Source: Eledone cirrhosa (Eukaryota). Taken from it: a stretch of DNA of 64,000 bases. The stretch is taken from the NCBI GenBank assembly GCA_964016885.1, contig OZ024740.1:246016001-246080000 (forward strand), given 5' to 3'. Shown here piece by piece: positions 1 through 11,869 of the stretch; position 1 is the stretch's first letter, and each line of letters starts with the position of its first letter. Under the pieces are notes generated by a model. The model worked only from the letters and a program-made list of their open reading frames with translations, was not told the DNA's origin and searched no databases. Position numbers and translations under genes: made by a program.

Positions 1-77
1 CCCACTGTAAACCCTTTGCCTCTTATCCCTTTGGGTCAAGGCACCAGTGAAGTATTGAGTTCGGTTTCTATTCCTAT

Positions 78-262
78 ATTAGTTTATAATTTAGACACAA
101 GGGCTGCGATTTTGGTAGGAGTTAGTCTATTATATCGATCACAGTAATTTAACGATCCCAGGAGGACGAAAGGAAAAGTTGATCTTAACGAGATTGAACT
201 CACCAGAAACAAATGCTGTAAAGCATTTTGTCCGAGGCTCTGTCGAAATCGTTAATCCCCCC
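78..262 (-). mobile_element. Decayed tRNA-derived SINE (family with GACTTTGCCTTTCATCC..GGGGTCGATAAAA core)
   Basis: Degenerate match (ggacgaaaggaaaagttgatcttaacgagattgaactc) to better copies at 28580-28755, 29672-29860 and 48837-49015. Confidence 0.55.
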
Positions 263-354
263 CATATATATTCTCTTATAATGCAGCCAAGATTTGATTA
301 GAATTATAATAGAAGAGACAAAAGACTTCGCGTCTGGGGAAGATAATATATGTA

Positions 355-632
355 CCAGTTAGTTTTCAGCCTTCCTTGAACCTAGAGGCTCATCAGGTCT
401 GAGTTTATCCCGGTATTATGTGGTATTAAGCAACTGAGAGTACAAGATTCCTTCTTGGACAGAACATCCATCTGTTGCATGGTTAACTTTCAGATGCTGT
501 TATAATTCATATGTTAGCTGAGTAAACTGGAACAACATGAAATGGAGTACTTTGAACACGAACATAACACATCTCCTAATCTAGAACCTTACAACCGAGA
601 AATCAACGCTTGATCACTAAAACACACGCCGT
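355..632 (-). mobile_element. Decayed CORE-type SINE
   Basis: agctgagtaaactggaacaacatgaaatg matches the central part of the SINE at 61028-61373 in reverse orientation. Confidence 0.5.
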
Positions 633-666
633 CATGTACTAAGGTAGAACGAATCAACTATATACT

Positions 667-1150
667 TGTAGCGACGTGGTTAGTCAGTCTGGTCACTACT
701 TCTGATCAGATTTGAGAATAGCCCTTAGAAGGACTGTTATCGCATACGGTCTGATCGGATCTGAAGATAGCCCTTAAAAGAACTGTTGTCACATACGGTA
801 AGGATGAACAGATGAAAGCACAAGTTGAAAGGACGAGCAAGGCGAGAGATGTAGTTTCGATCAGCTATTTATTTTCACATGAAGCGACGATACAAGGTAC
901 AAGGCGTGTGTGAGTGACAAGCGTGGCAGAGGCGAGGAACAACGATACGCGGGTTGACTCTGCCAAAATCGACTGGCGAAAGTGTTTGGAACCACTCTAT
1001 TTATACAGAAATAATCGTTTGATGTTTAGCTGCTGCGTAGGCGTTTTATTCTGGTGGATTTGAAGGGTTGTTTGTTTCACGGTGAGGTAGCTAGCTAAGC
1101 AGATAGATGGAGCTGTTTATTTCACAGATGTTATTTCCAGTGGCTGTACA
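667..1150 (-). mobile_element. Solo LTR (Gypsy-like)
   Basis: TGTA...TACA termini and a perfect 4-bp TSD, TACT (663-666 and 1151-1154). The minus strand has TATAAATA (about 997-1004) followed by AATAAA (about 868-873). There is an internal ~50-bp tandem duplication at 701-800. Confidence 0.85.
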
Positions 1151-1499
1151 TACTCATGCTAGGTCTTACGCAATGTTCCCTCTAATTTGTATGCTTGCAC
1201 TTCTTTCACAAGCCACTCATGTACCACCAGATCACATATCTTAGAATTCTGCCAGGTGAACGAGAGCTAGATATAGTAGTTGCTTAACCTTTGATAGGTC
1301 AGTTTAATTTAACTCTTTTATTTCTCGAATTAGTTGTGTTAATACTCTTTCTGTCACTTTCACATCTCGAGCTATCAGTGTCATTCTCCAGTGGTTGTAC
1401 CTTTCTAAAGCATGACCTTTTCCCTTCTGACAATTACCGATCATACTATCATACCATGGCAGTCATTGGATATGGCAACATCCTATAATACCCGATTGA

Positions 1500-2190
1500 T
1501 TATACGAGTGACTGTCTCGACTCCTACTTCAGATGATTTCAGCATGTCACCGACTATCTGACAGTTCAGCTGCTTTACCATTTTCCATCTCCCTGATTGC
1601 TTCTTTGACCTTGTAACTGTTATCTTCGATAACCAGTCCCTCTGTTAAGTCAACTAGAGATAGTCCTTCTTCCTTCCACTCATGTTCTAAATTCATCAAC
1701 CTCTCATAGTAACGTTTCCAAATTTTTTTCTGAGCATCATTGAGGCTAAGTGCACCAGTATTATTCCAAACATGTCCCCCAACAACATCCTGGTTCACAC
1801 TGACACACTATTTTGCTATGCGAAACATTTCACGCTTCTTTGCGTGCTATGTAAATCTGTTGTCTATTGTTCTTTATTGCCCCCTTTTTCTGGGCTTCCT
1901 ATGCTCGTCTTTAACATTAATGTGCTGTTCCATCACCAGGTCACCCATCGTTTAGCTGGTACCTTGCTCCAGTCGCTGGGGTTGTCCCGTAGAAATTTCT
2001 AATTATCCTGTAAGTCATATCTATCCATCTATAACCTTTCTCGTTATACACGTTACGTAGAACTTTTCTAAACTTATATTTAACAAAGAGATCTTTTAGC
2101 TTCCATACTCTCCAGATTTTCATGTATTTCTGATTTCGTTTAGTTCTTATTCTGACGTTACAGATAATTAACTTGCGTTGAGCTGCGCAT
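1500..2190 (-). pseudogene. Degenerate RTE-clade LINE ORF fragment (EN-RT linker)
   Basis: NQDVVG..WKRYYERLMNLEHEW..EAIREMENGKAA is homologous to the RTE ORF at 57774-59984; stops and frameshifts are present. Confidence 0.8.
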
Positions 2191-2323
2191 TCTTCTCATG
2201 GTTTTTTCTGGTAGGATGCCATTCCTATCATCAACCGCCCTACAGCACGAATTAGGTGCATTTTATCGTGTGACCAGTGCTAGAGAGGTTGTCTGACAAA
2301 ACTTAAGGGTCCTCTCTAACCTG

Positions 2324-3201
2324 TAGTGGGTCCGGGTATGATTTTACATTCATTTAAATTATTGATGTATTGATTTATTGATATTTTTTATCTGATTGTC
2401 CCGAATCTTCTATTATCGATTTTTTATCGTATGGTTGATTTTAGACTTGTTCTATGTGTGACGGTATTTTAACGATAGTTATAGCTCTGATTCATCTGAA
2501 TTATTGAGCCCTCTGCCGCTCATTTCGAATTTTGTTTATCGTGAACTCGTGCGCCGATTTTTCGATACTCGATCATTCTAATATTTTTAGCTCTGGACAT
2601 AGCTATCCACCAGTTAATTTTATTGCTCATTTTTTGTCGATTCTATTGAATGATGAATAGCTCCTGTTTTATTTTAACATGTCTATTGAGCACTTTTATT
2701 CGATATGTGTATTTCCACATTTCCTCGAATAGTTTTCGCGGATGTAGAGGTTATCTCCCTTGCCGGATTCCATGTGCGTATTTTGCTTGTAGTTAGCCTC
2801 TTATCCGCTAGGACGAAGCTCGTTGAAGAAGTAAACTTCCAGTCCGCTTGCTCTAGAAGTCTTATATATTTATATGTGAGCTGATAGAGTACAGTCTAAG
2901 GATTTACAGAAACCCAAGAAGCTAGATTTAACACCTTTCTAGTGGGTCCGGGTATGATTTTACATTCATTTAAATTATTGATGTATTGATTTATTGATAT
3001 TTTTTATCTGATTGTCCCGAATCTTCTATTATCGATTTTTTATCGTATGGTTGATTTTAGACTTGTTCTATGTGTGACGGTATTTTAACGATAGTTATAG
3101 CTCTGATTCATCTGAATTATTGAGCCCTCTGCCGCTCATTTCGAATTTTGTTTATCGTGAACTCGTGCGCCGATTTTTCGATACTCGATCATTCTAATAT
3201 T
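2324..3201 (+). repeat. Non-coding element with identical 262-bp direct repeats (period 616 bp), resembling a PLE partial tandem
   Basis: 2324-2585 equals 2940-3201 with no visible difference, and the element ends in (TA)n. The terminal ~75 bp recur inverted at 60128-60202, also within (TA)n. Confidence 0.85.
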
Positions 3202-3337
3202 ATATATATATATATAAGCAAAAGGGATATTCAATTTGTTGGTAATTCAACAAATATAAATGTTTATAACTGATTCAGAGTGCTCGACAAGTTTTCTGGA
3301 GTATAATATTCAATGATAATAAATAAATGGAAACTAT

Positions 3338-3428
3338 ATTTATAAAACCATATTTATTCTATTATATATATTTCAAGGGTACCAAAACTTTGGTACGCTT
3401 TCATCAGATAAAATACAAAGTTTGTTTT
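3338..3428 (-). ncRNA. Hammerhead ribozyme (inverted pLTR copy)
   Basis: Reverse complement of the 5641-5735 motif; TCATCAG at 3401-3407. Confidence 0.8.
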
Positions 3429-3509
3429 ATACATTTTGACATAACCAAGAAAAAATACCTTAACGGTTCAGGTTTTCCTTGGATAGTGAAGGGATAAGAG
3501 AAGAAAATC

Positions 3510-4497
3510 TAAATTACTGATCATCCTAGAAATATTAAAAACACTATTGTCAATAGCGTCCAACAACGGATTTCACGCATCTCCGCTAATAAAAATATTT
3601 TTGATGATAAGGCAGAATATTACAATGAAGCTTTACATAGAGCAGGATACTAGAATAAAATTAAATACATAGATAACAATAACATGACAATTCATCCTAG
3701 AATTAACTATAATAATAATAAACAATTTAACTTAAACACTAAACCCACCAAAAATCTAGAACTAGAAATATTATTTGGTACTCTTTCCCATTCTCATTAA
3801 GCGTTAAAACACCTTTAGCAAATCTATTCTTTAAAGCACTAGATAAATGTTTTACTAAAGCCCACAGATACCACTCTATTTTTAACAGACACACTATAAA
3901 ACTATCCTACTCTACTACTACGAACATAGCACAAAATATAAATAGAATTAAAAATAGAAACTTAAATTTAAACTCTAACCAAACTAACCAAAATAACAAT
4001 AATAATATTTCTAACAACAATATTCAGAATAATAGTACCGTTCCGAACAACAACAACTCCAGAAAATGTAACTGTAGAATTAAATCAAACTGCCCTTTAC
4101 AAAATAATTGCTTAGACAAAAACGTATAATTTATAAATGCACAGTTAAAACTAGAGACAAAGTATTTAACTATATTGGTGCCACTTCTACAAAATTCAAA
4201 GAACGCTGGTATAACCATAAACACACATTTAATAGATCCGATAAAAAATCTTCCACTTCACTTTCACATTTAATTTGGAACTTAAAAGACAACAATATAG
4301 ACTATTCAATATCTTGGGGAACAATATCGAAAGCACCTGCATACCGAAATATGGCTCTCTCAAGATTCTGTAACTTGTGTATCGGGGAAATTTTTTATAT
4401 AATTAATTGTCAAAACTCTATTAATCTTAAAACAGAATTATTTTCTTCTTGCAGACATCGTCAAAATTCCACTTTCAGAAATATTTTAAATTTATGA
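3510..4497 (+). pseudogene. PLE RT thumb, Cys-rich linker and GIY-YIG endonuclease (disrupted)
   Basis: HPRNIKNTIVNSVQQRISRIS..YYNEAL; CNCRIKSNCPLQNNC; IYKCTV..YIGATSTKFKERWYNH..CNLCIGE..SSCRH. Confidence 0.9.
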
Positions 4498-5640
4498 TAT
4501 TCATTACACTTGACTATATCTTATACATCTTCAAAATGATCCTATTTTCTTTAAAAATTTAAATTTAAATTTAAATGTAAATTCTTTTAAATGATCTTCC
4601 TTCTTAATTTTTTAATATTTCTACTATTTTTACCTTTTGACATTAATTTAAAAAAATATTTTTTACTTCTGACATTATTATTTTCCTAACGATACCCCTC
4701 TAAATATATTTGTTTAGATGTAGATTGATAATCTCTAATTGACATTCTGAAAATTTATCTTCTTTACGATAGTTCTTCGAAATGCACATTACGTTTTTCC
4801 TCTCCTTTTGATCTTCAAACTTTCACGCATCTTTCGACTAAAATAATTAATCTCACACAAAATAATATATAATTTTCTCTATTTATTTTCTGAGTAAATC
4901 ATTCATAAAATTTAACGGTTAACAAACAGGATTGGAGTTATCTTTCTCTTTTCAATCGTGCAAACATAAACATGATATAATATAATATAATATAATATGT
5001 ACGATAAAATATATAACTTCGCTAAATTAACAATATTCTGAAAACATTTTCAATGCTGGAACAAAATATTCGAATCTGCAAATTGTTCTTAAACCACCTG
5101 TTTTTTTTTAATGTAAAATGCAAAATCAACGTCCTTTGTAACTCATATTAGAAATGTAAACAACTAATAATTGTAAATTATTTCTATTTCTATAATACTT
5201 ATACATGCACAATTATTAATCTATATAGATATTTATATACTTATAACCTATTGTAATGTAATAAGATAAACTATACTTACAACCATAATTCTTCATATAA
5301 TCTAATTGATTATATATACAATATTATAACTCATAATATAGCTAAATAAATTTAAATTCTGGAATCATATTCCACCATTCCCCCAAATTGTTAATTCCTT
5401 TTAAATTAACGTAAATACAAGCTCTTCTTCCTTTTCTTCTTCCTACTCATACATACATATATCCTAATTATTTAAATTCTGCATAGCGTCTAAAATAACG
5501 TTTTTTTTCAGCCCTATACTTCAACCTCATTTGCATACCCATCTTAATAATTTGAAATATCTGACTTTTCTTCTCTTATCCCTTCACTATCCAAGGAAAA
5601 ATTGAACCGTTAAGGTATCTTTTTCTTGGTTATGTCAAAA

Positions 5641-5735
5641 TTTATAAAACAAACTTTGTATTTTATCTGATGAAAGCGTACCAAAGTTTTGGTACCCTTG
5701 AAATATATATAATAGAATAAATTTGGTTTTATAAA
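5641..5735 (+). ncRNA. Type I minimal hammerhead ribozyme in PLE pLTR
   Basis: Stem I TATTTTAT/ATAGAATA, extended by TTTATAAAAC/GTTTTATAAA. CTGATGA at 5667-5673, stem II AAG.GTACCAAA/TTTGGTAC.CTT, GAAA at 5700-5703, palindromic TATATA, and NUH = ATA (5709-5711). Confidence 0.85.
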
Positions 5736-5758
5736 TATATTTTCCATTTATTTAATAT

Positions 5759-5814
<56 letters not shown>

Positions 5815-5820
<6 letters not shown>

Positions 5821-6505
5821 CTACACCACCGGGCATCTCTCCAGCCATCCACTCCATAACATGAAAAATATCCAGCAACTCTTCTCACACTCGATGGAAC
5901 TACCTCAGGAACTTACCCACGAACATACACTCACATTTTTTTCGCACCACGCCACCCACATCCACACTACATATAAACACAAACACACACGTGCGTACCC
6001 CCACATATACACACTCAACCTCTGGAGTCCACACGCCCCCTCCTCCACCCTTGACCCCCTCCTTCCACACGCACGCACACACCGACTTACACCCCACCCC
6101 ACGCACACACCTTTTCCTGAACATGGAACCTCGTTCTTCCTCCAACTCTCACATTCACATACACACGCACACACACTCACATACACCTACACACATACAC
6201 AAACACCACCTTCAGCCTTCCCCGCTTCGACCCCCGCCTCCCTCGCCCAACTCCATCCGCCACCGCCATTACACGCCTCACACCCTTCCACCACTTGTTC
6301 ATCTTATTGTTTTTTATGTTTATTTTTACGTTTATTTTTATTTGTTCTCCTTCCCCCTTTTTTCTAAATGTATTTCTACACACCCTCGGAACTCTGTTCC
6401 TAACCTATTTATCCTGAAGAAGGGCTTATGCCCTCCCACTCTCAAGAGCGTGAACCTAATAAACCTTTATTTGTCTGCCTCTCTGTTTTGTTCCCGTCTA
6501 AATTT
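5815..6505 (+). mobile_element. PLE-derived fragment with AC-rich body and decayed hammerhead end
   Basis: CTGAAGA-A-GGGC-TTAT-GCCC at 6414-6433 lacks GAAA. It is followed by gcgtgaacctaata, the same terminus as at 41339-41440 and 50504-50610. Confidence 0.55.
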
Positions 6506-6540
6506 GCTCTCTCTCTCTCTCTCTCTCTCTCTCCCCCCCC

Positions 6541-6608
<68 letters not shown>

Positions 6609-6648
6609 CGAAGTCGATGTAGAGATTAAAGAATCCTTTATTAACAAA

Positions 6649-6729
6649 GCTGTTATACATATTTCAATGATGATCGTGTCTACGTCATTGTTCCATCACG
6701 TAACCGGTCACACGATATCATCAGACAAC
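6649..6729 (-). ncRNA. Hammerhead-like motif with long stem II
   Basis: Minus strand: GTTGT-CTGATGA-T-ATCGTGT..ACACGAT-catcatt-GAAA-TATGTA-TA-ACAGC. There are 7 extra nt before GAAA. Confidence 0.55.
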
Positions 6730-6799
6730 ATCTTTATTCAATGAGGTTACGTTTCCGAGGCAATCCAATTGCATCATTATTTACTAATTGGTGCGTTGC

Positions 6800-6887
6800 A
6801 TACACAACCCCGTTCAGTCAATATATTTACCTTAAGTATGATATATCATACTTAAGGTAAACATATTGACTGAACGGGGTTGTGTAT
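6800..6887. repeat. 88-bp near-perfect palindrome (44-bp arms, 1 mismatch, no spacer)
   Basis: atacacaaccccgttcagtcaatatatttaccttaagtatgata|tatcatacttaaggtaaacatattgactgaacggggttgtgtat. Confidence 0.95.
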
Positions 6888-6910
6888 ACATACATACATA
6901 CATACATACA

Positions 6911-6946
<36 letters not shown>

Positions 6947-7104
6947 TGTGTGTGTGTGTGTATCTTGTTATACTTTGGGAGGGTCATGTTGCCAATAAAA
7001 ACACATGCACCTCTTAGTTTTCACTTCACTTTTCCGGTTGGTTGGTTCAATAATGTTTTTGGTGTAGGACAGAACAAAGGAGAGACACACAGAATAAATG
7101 CCTA

Positions 7105-7147
7105 GTCACTGAGGAGGTCAGAGAATGTGTGACGAAAGAGCTTTGCC
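7105..7147 (+). ncRNA. Minimal hammerhead-like motif
   Basis: CTGAGGA (7109-7115)-G-GTCA..TGAC-GAAA (7134-7137)-GAGC-TT-TG. Stem I is weak. Same layout as the 19453 motif. Confidence 0.55.
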
Positions 7148-7363
7148 AATATATAAACAACCAACCGTAAGTGTATTGAACCAACCAACCGTAAGTGTAT
7201 AATAAATTGAAGTGAAAAATACACACTGAAGCAGAACGTAAGTTCAGTGTGTATTTTTCCCCGTTATTTTATTTTATTTCTTATCTTTATTTTATTATAT
7301 TTCAGCCTCGCTTTCAATTGTAATAGCTTTTGTTTTTAAATTCATATCTTACGTCCATATTAA

Positions 7364-7439
7364 ATTTTCATTCTGATGAGCGATTTCAGACGTCTCTGTT
7401 GAGCTCGTCTGTCTTTGTGAAACCTCTGGTAAATGGAAT
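7364..7439 (+). ncRNA. Type I hammerhead ribozyme
   Basis: Stem I TTTCATT/AATGGAA, CTGATGA at 7373-7379, extended stem II (GCGA..AGACG..CGTCT..TTGT), GAAA at 7419-7422, stem III CC-TCT-GG, NUH = GTA. Confidence 0.75.
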
Positions 7440-7470
7440 AATTGTCTTATGTTGTTTATTACATAAATAA

Positions 7471-7589
<119 letters not shown>

Positions 7590-7603
7590 CATATATATAT
7601 ATA

Positions 7604-7758
7604 TATCATAAAACATGTCTATAGAATCACCAGATAAAATATATACCATTTCCTCTCCCAATTAGCATAATTAACCATATAAAAAAGCGAATAGACCAGG
7701 CTATAAGAATAAGGCTTCTATGAAGAAATCTCCAACAAATAACCGAAACTAGCCCTTC
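7604..7758 (-). repeat. Second copy of the terminal repeat at 8370-8525
   Basis: Reverse complement of 8370-8525 with a few substitutions; ends in (TA)n. Confidence 0.85.
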
Positions 7759-7877
7759 ACGTCGGCGGCGACGGAATATTTATCGAATATTTCGACAGCG
7801 TAATCGCCCAGATATACAGTCAATTAAACAGAATTAGGTGTAAAATAAACTAGGAGAAAAGAGAATACATTTATTTA

Positions 7878-7951
7878 CCTCGACCATGGTTTCGTCCGCA
7901 TTTTGAGATTTCCAATAACTTCGGAAACTCGAGCACCGGACTCTTCAGGAG
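7878..7951 (-). ncRNA. Type I minimal hammerhead ribozyme
   Basis: Minus strand: CTC-CTGAAGA-GTCCG..(GAG.TTTCC..GGAAA.CTC)..CGGAC-GAAA-CCATGG-TC-GAG, followed by AATAAA. Confidence 0.75.
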
Positions 7952-8154
7952 TTTGCTCAAATCTCGACAATAAATTTTCCAAAGTGATCGCGCTAAGAAT
8001 ACATTCAAAAATGGGTAAGAATCGTGACGTAGCAGCGGTCAGGTTGGAAAGAGTGTGGTTAGTTGCTTACGGCTGGTGGCTTTTTGCTAGAAAGCACAGC
8101 ACAATACAGCCAAATTTGTATCTCAACCCAACAGGAGATTATTACATATAAAGG

Positions 8155-8590
<436 letters not shown>

Positions 8591-8635
8591 ATGTATATAT
8601 GTATATATATATATATATATATGTAAACCTTTATA

Positions 8636-8708
<73 letters not shown>

Positions 8709-8750
8709 TAGCAGTGGTACCCGGCGTATATATATATATATACTTTTATA

Positions 8751-9347
8751 CTAGCAGTGGTAACCGATGTTGCACGGATAAGGTATTTTGGAACGCGGGC
8801 CGCCAACAGACCTAATCGTGGAAAAACTGCATGTCTGGACAATATGTAAAGAAAATAAACTGAATACTCTGATGGGTGGATAATCTTTAAGATTTTCCTC
8901 GACGAAGCAAGAAAAATGCAGGTTTTCACCTAATGCGGGCCCTGGGGGATCAAGAAAATGAATTTTTTTTTATGTGCATAATATGCCTTGGAATTTCGGG
9001 AAAATCGGCTAGACGTAACACCCCCAAAAAGCCCTAAAAAGCTGAAAAAATGAAGTTTTTCACCTAATGCGGGCCCTAGGCCATAAAAAAGTTGGATTTT
9101 CTTTGATCACGGTATGAAGAACAGCCTGACTAATACATAGTTACAATTTCAAGGAAATCGGTCTGACGTAACACCTCAAAAGACCCTTAAAAAGCTTTCA
9201 AAAACGCAGTTTTTCACCTAATGCGAGCCCTAGGAGATCAAAAAGTTGAATTTTTTTATGTGCATAACACTCCCTGAACTATAAGTAATACACATGTAAA
9301 GTTTGAAAAAAATCGGTTGGGTATTTCTCGAGGTTTAGGGAGTCAAA

Positions 9348-9426
<79 letters not shown>

Positions 9427-9724
9427 ACATCCTCAGGGAAGTGACGTAATGCAGACAGCCTGACATACATACAGATATTATAAGGACGCGACGTTATATG
9501 TATGTATCTATCTAAAAAGAGAAAGACTAAGAATTATAGAGAGAGATCGCTAAATCGCTTAATGTGGTTCCTAGGGCATTGAAAATTTGAAATTCTTTTT
9601 ACTCAGAAGACTCCCTGAAACATAAGTATTACATGTATAAAGTTTGAAAACAGTCGGTTGGGTGGTTCTCGAGTTTTAGGGATTCAAACTCACACACAGA
9701 CAGACATCCTCAGTTTTATATATA
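8751..9724 (-). mobile_element. Non-autonomous Helitron(s)
   Basis: Reverse-complement 3' end (CTAG plus subterminal hairpin ccg.tgttgcacgg). Three internal repeats of tttttcacctaatgcg.gccct. The 5' region has ..acagacagacatcctcagttttatata. An extra 3'-end stub lies at 8708-8727. Confidence 0.7.
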
Positions 9725-9726
9725 TA

Positions 9727-10985
9727 CTAGCAGAATGGCCCGACGTTACTCGGGATTTGTATTTTAAAAATCTGGCGGGGATAATGTAGCAGGAGTTGCC
9801 TCCCTTGTTGTGACACTCACATCACCAATAGAGTAACGCTCTCTAGACAGGAAGTAGCTGGAGTTGCTTCCCGTTGGGGTGATAGAACCCTTTTTATCAC
9901 TTCCGGCAGAACCCTATAAACCGAATAACTTTCAGCTTCCTTTCTCTCATTTGCCTTTTCGGCCAGGCGCGTTCGCCTGGCGACCAAACGGTAACTAATA
10001 ACTTTGCTTCATTTTCTCATTGACATGTCAACTATACTGTTCTATATATCCACAAATTGTTGATTAAATATTATACACACAAACCACGTCTCCCTGTTAT
10101 ACTTATACAACCCAGTACACTGTTATAGTGGTAATGATAAAATGAGTATACATGACATACGAGAAAGTCTGATGTTCATATGCTGGTTAGTGAAATTTGT
10201 TTTGATTGGTGGGTTAATTCTGAGGGATGTTTTCGCCTGTAGCGAATGGGTGGGGGTGAATGTGGTGATTAGTTGGTCGTGTGGGACATAGATTGAAGTG
10301 GGTGGCAGTGTTTGGCGTTTTGACTGTCACTAGTCAGCTTGGCGTGTACTTTGGAGGGGGGGGGGCTGATTTTCTGTGTGGGTGTGGTGGTGGTGCGGTT
10401 TATGATACTGGATGAAAGGTTGCGGAGTTTACGGTGGGGTGTTGGGTGTGGTAGGGGATTGTTAAGGGAACTCATCTTATAAGGATTTAATGGTCAGAGT
10501 GTATATAATTATATATAGTCCCGAGAAGAGGACTAATAATAAGAAATATGAAAAATAAGGTAAACATTAACACAGGTAAATTAATTTATAATCGAGTTCA
10601 AAAGAACGAAGAAAAGAAATTAATATAGTTAAAAGGAAACGAGTTTGAATTGCCGCTGAAACAATCGAGGTCAAAGGTGAAGTGTGGAGGTGTAACTGAA
10701 AACGAGGCTGTTACCACCATGGCGAAACTACGAAGAAGGTAAGCGCTTTATGTCATGAAACAAACATTGAAATAGATACATATATCATAAACAATTTGTG
10801 AATACCGCAACAACATGTTAGAAAATATGTAGTAAAGATAGCTGGCGTCAATAGCAACTAAAATAATAATAATAGCGACGGTAACGACAAAAAGAACGAA
10901 GGGTTTTTAATGTTTTATTTCATTGACCAGCTAGCTACCGAGCGATCTGCCTTGTTTTGTCGGTATCTAAACTTCTATGTATATA
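9727..10985 (-). mobile_element. Probable non-autonomous Helitron (distal boundary uncertain)
   Basis: ctagcagaatggcccgacgttactcggg is the reverse complement of a Helitron 3' hairpin plus CTAG. Confidence 0.45.
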
Positions 10986-11869
10986 TATATGTAATTTATT
11001 GTCATATAACTCGCCATGGTATTTTCTCAAAATAGCCTGTTATGTTATCACTCTATCTGATGGGTTGTGTATAGCTTACGTATGTGTGTGTATATATATA
11101 TAACAGAAACTCTTGCCACTATATATGTATTTATAAATACCACCCTATTGTATATTGAGATAGCCATCAAGCTTGGTTAATTTTATTTACAACACAATGT
11201 TTGTATGCACACACGCACACACACACACACAGAGAAAAGAACATAATTTGAAATGTATATATGTATGGTTCATTTGTGATTGTTAATAATTGTTAGTCAG
11301 GATATCAACTTTTACAGTTGTTTAGTCCCAGGTCACCATCAATTGAGCACATATATGATCAAAGGCATTCGGGCTGTGACCATCTCGTTCTTTTATTATT
11401 ATATTTTATCAGAGACTACATTGTCCAGTGTATTCTTTCTTATGGTAGGGTATGGTTTTGGGGATATATAGCTACTATTTCGAGCATGTGAATCGATCAT
11501 AGAGGCTCATCGTTTTCATTTTAGTTTCACTGTTCTAGGTCAATCCTGATCAGAAGCATCTCAACCACAACCAGCCTCTTTTTTGTTGTTGTTTTTTTAT
11601 GACGGTAGGATGTGATTTGCTGCCACATTTTGTAGATAGGCCAGATAGAATGGTCCTACGATTTTGAGGGTGTCAACTCGCTCCAAGTTTTAATTCTTTT
11701 TTTTTGTTCTGTCGCTTGTAAGTACATACATTATTTACACTACATGTAACACAGGAAGTGCGGTGCTCTATTGGATGTTACATATATTGCAATGTGTTGG
11801 TGTGTGTTCTTGAGCTGAAAGCAGATTACTCTGGTGAGTGGTTGAATTGGTCCAATTGACTTTAGTCCG

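Larger units (their letters stand above)
3311..5763 (+). mobile_element. Penelope-like element, 5'-truncated, with inverted pseudo-LTR
   Basis: 3311-3510 is an inverted copy of about 5565-5763. Between them are the RT-thumb and GIY-YIG remnants. A hammerhead lies in the pLTR and (TA)n follows the 3' end. Confidence 0.92.

Noticed and set aside
350-402. Minus-strand CTGATGA-GCCT..AGGC-T-GAAA hammerhead
   Set aside because: No stem I or stem III pairing; it lies in a SINE tail.
8920-9260. CRISPR-like spaced repeats (tttttcacctaatgcgggccct x3)
   Set aside because: The spacers are homologous to each other, so these are internal tandem units of a Helitron in a eukaryotic genome.
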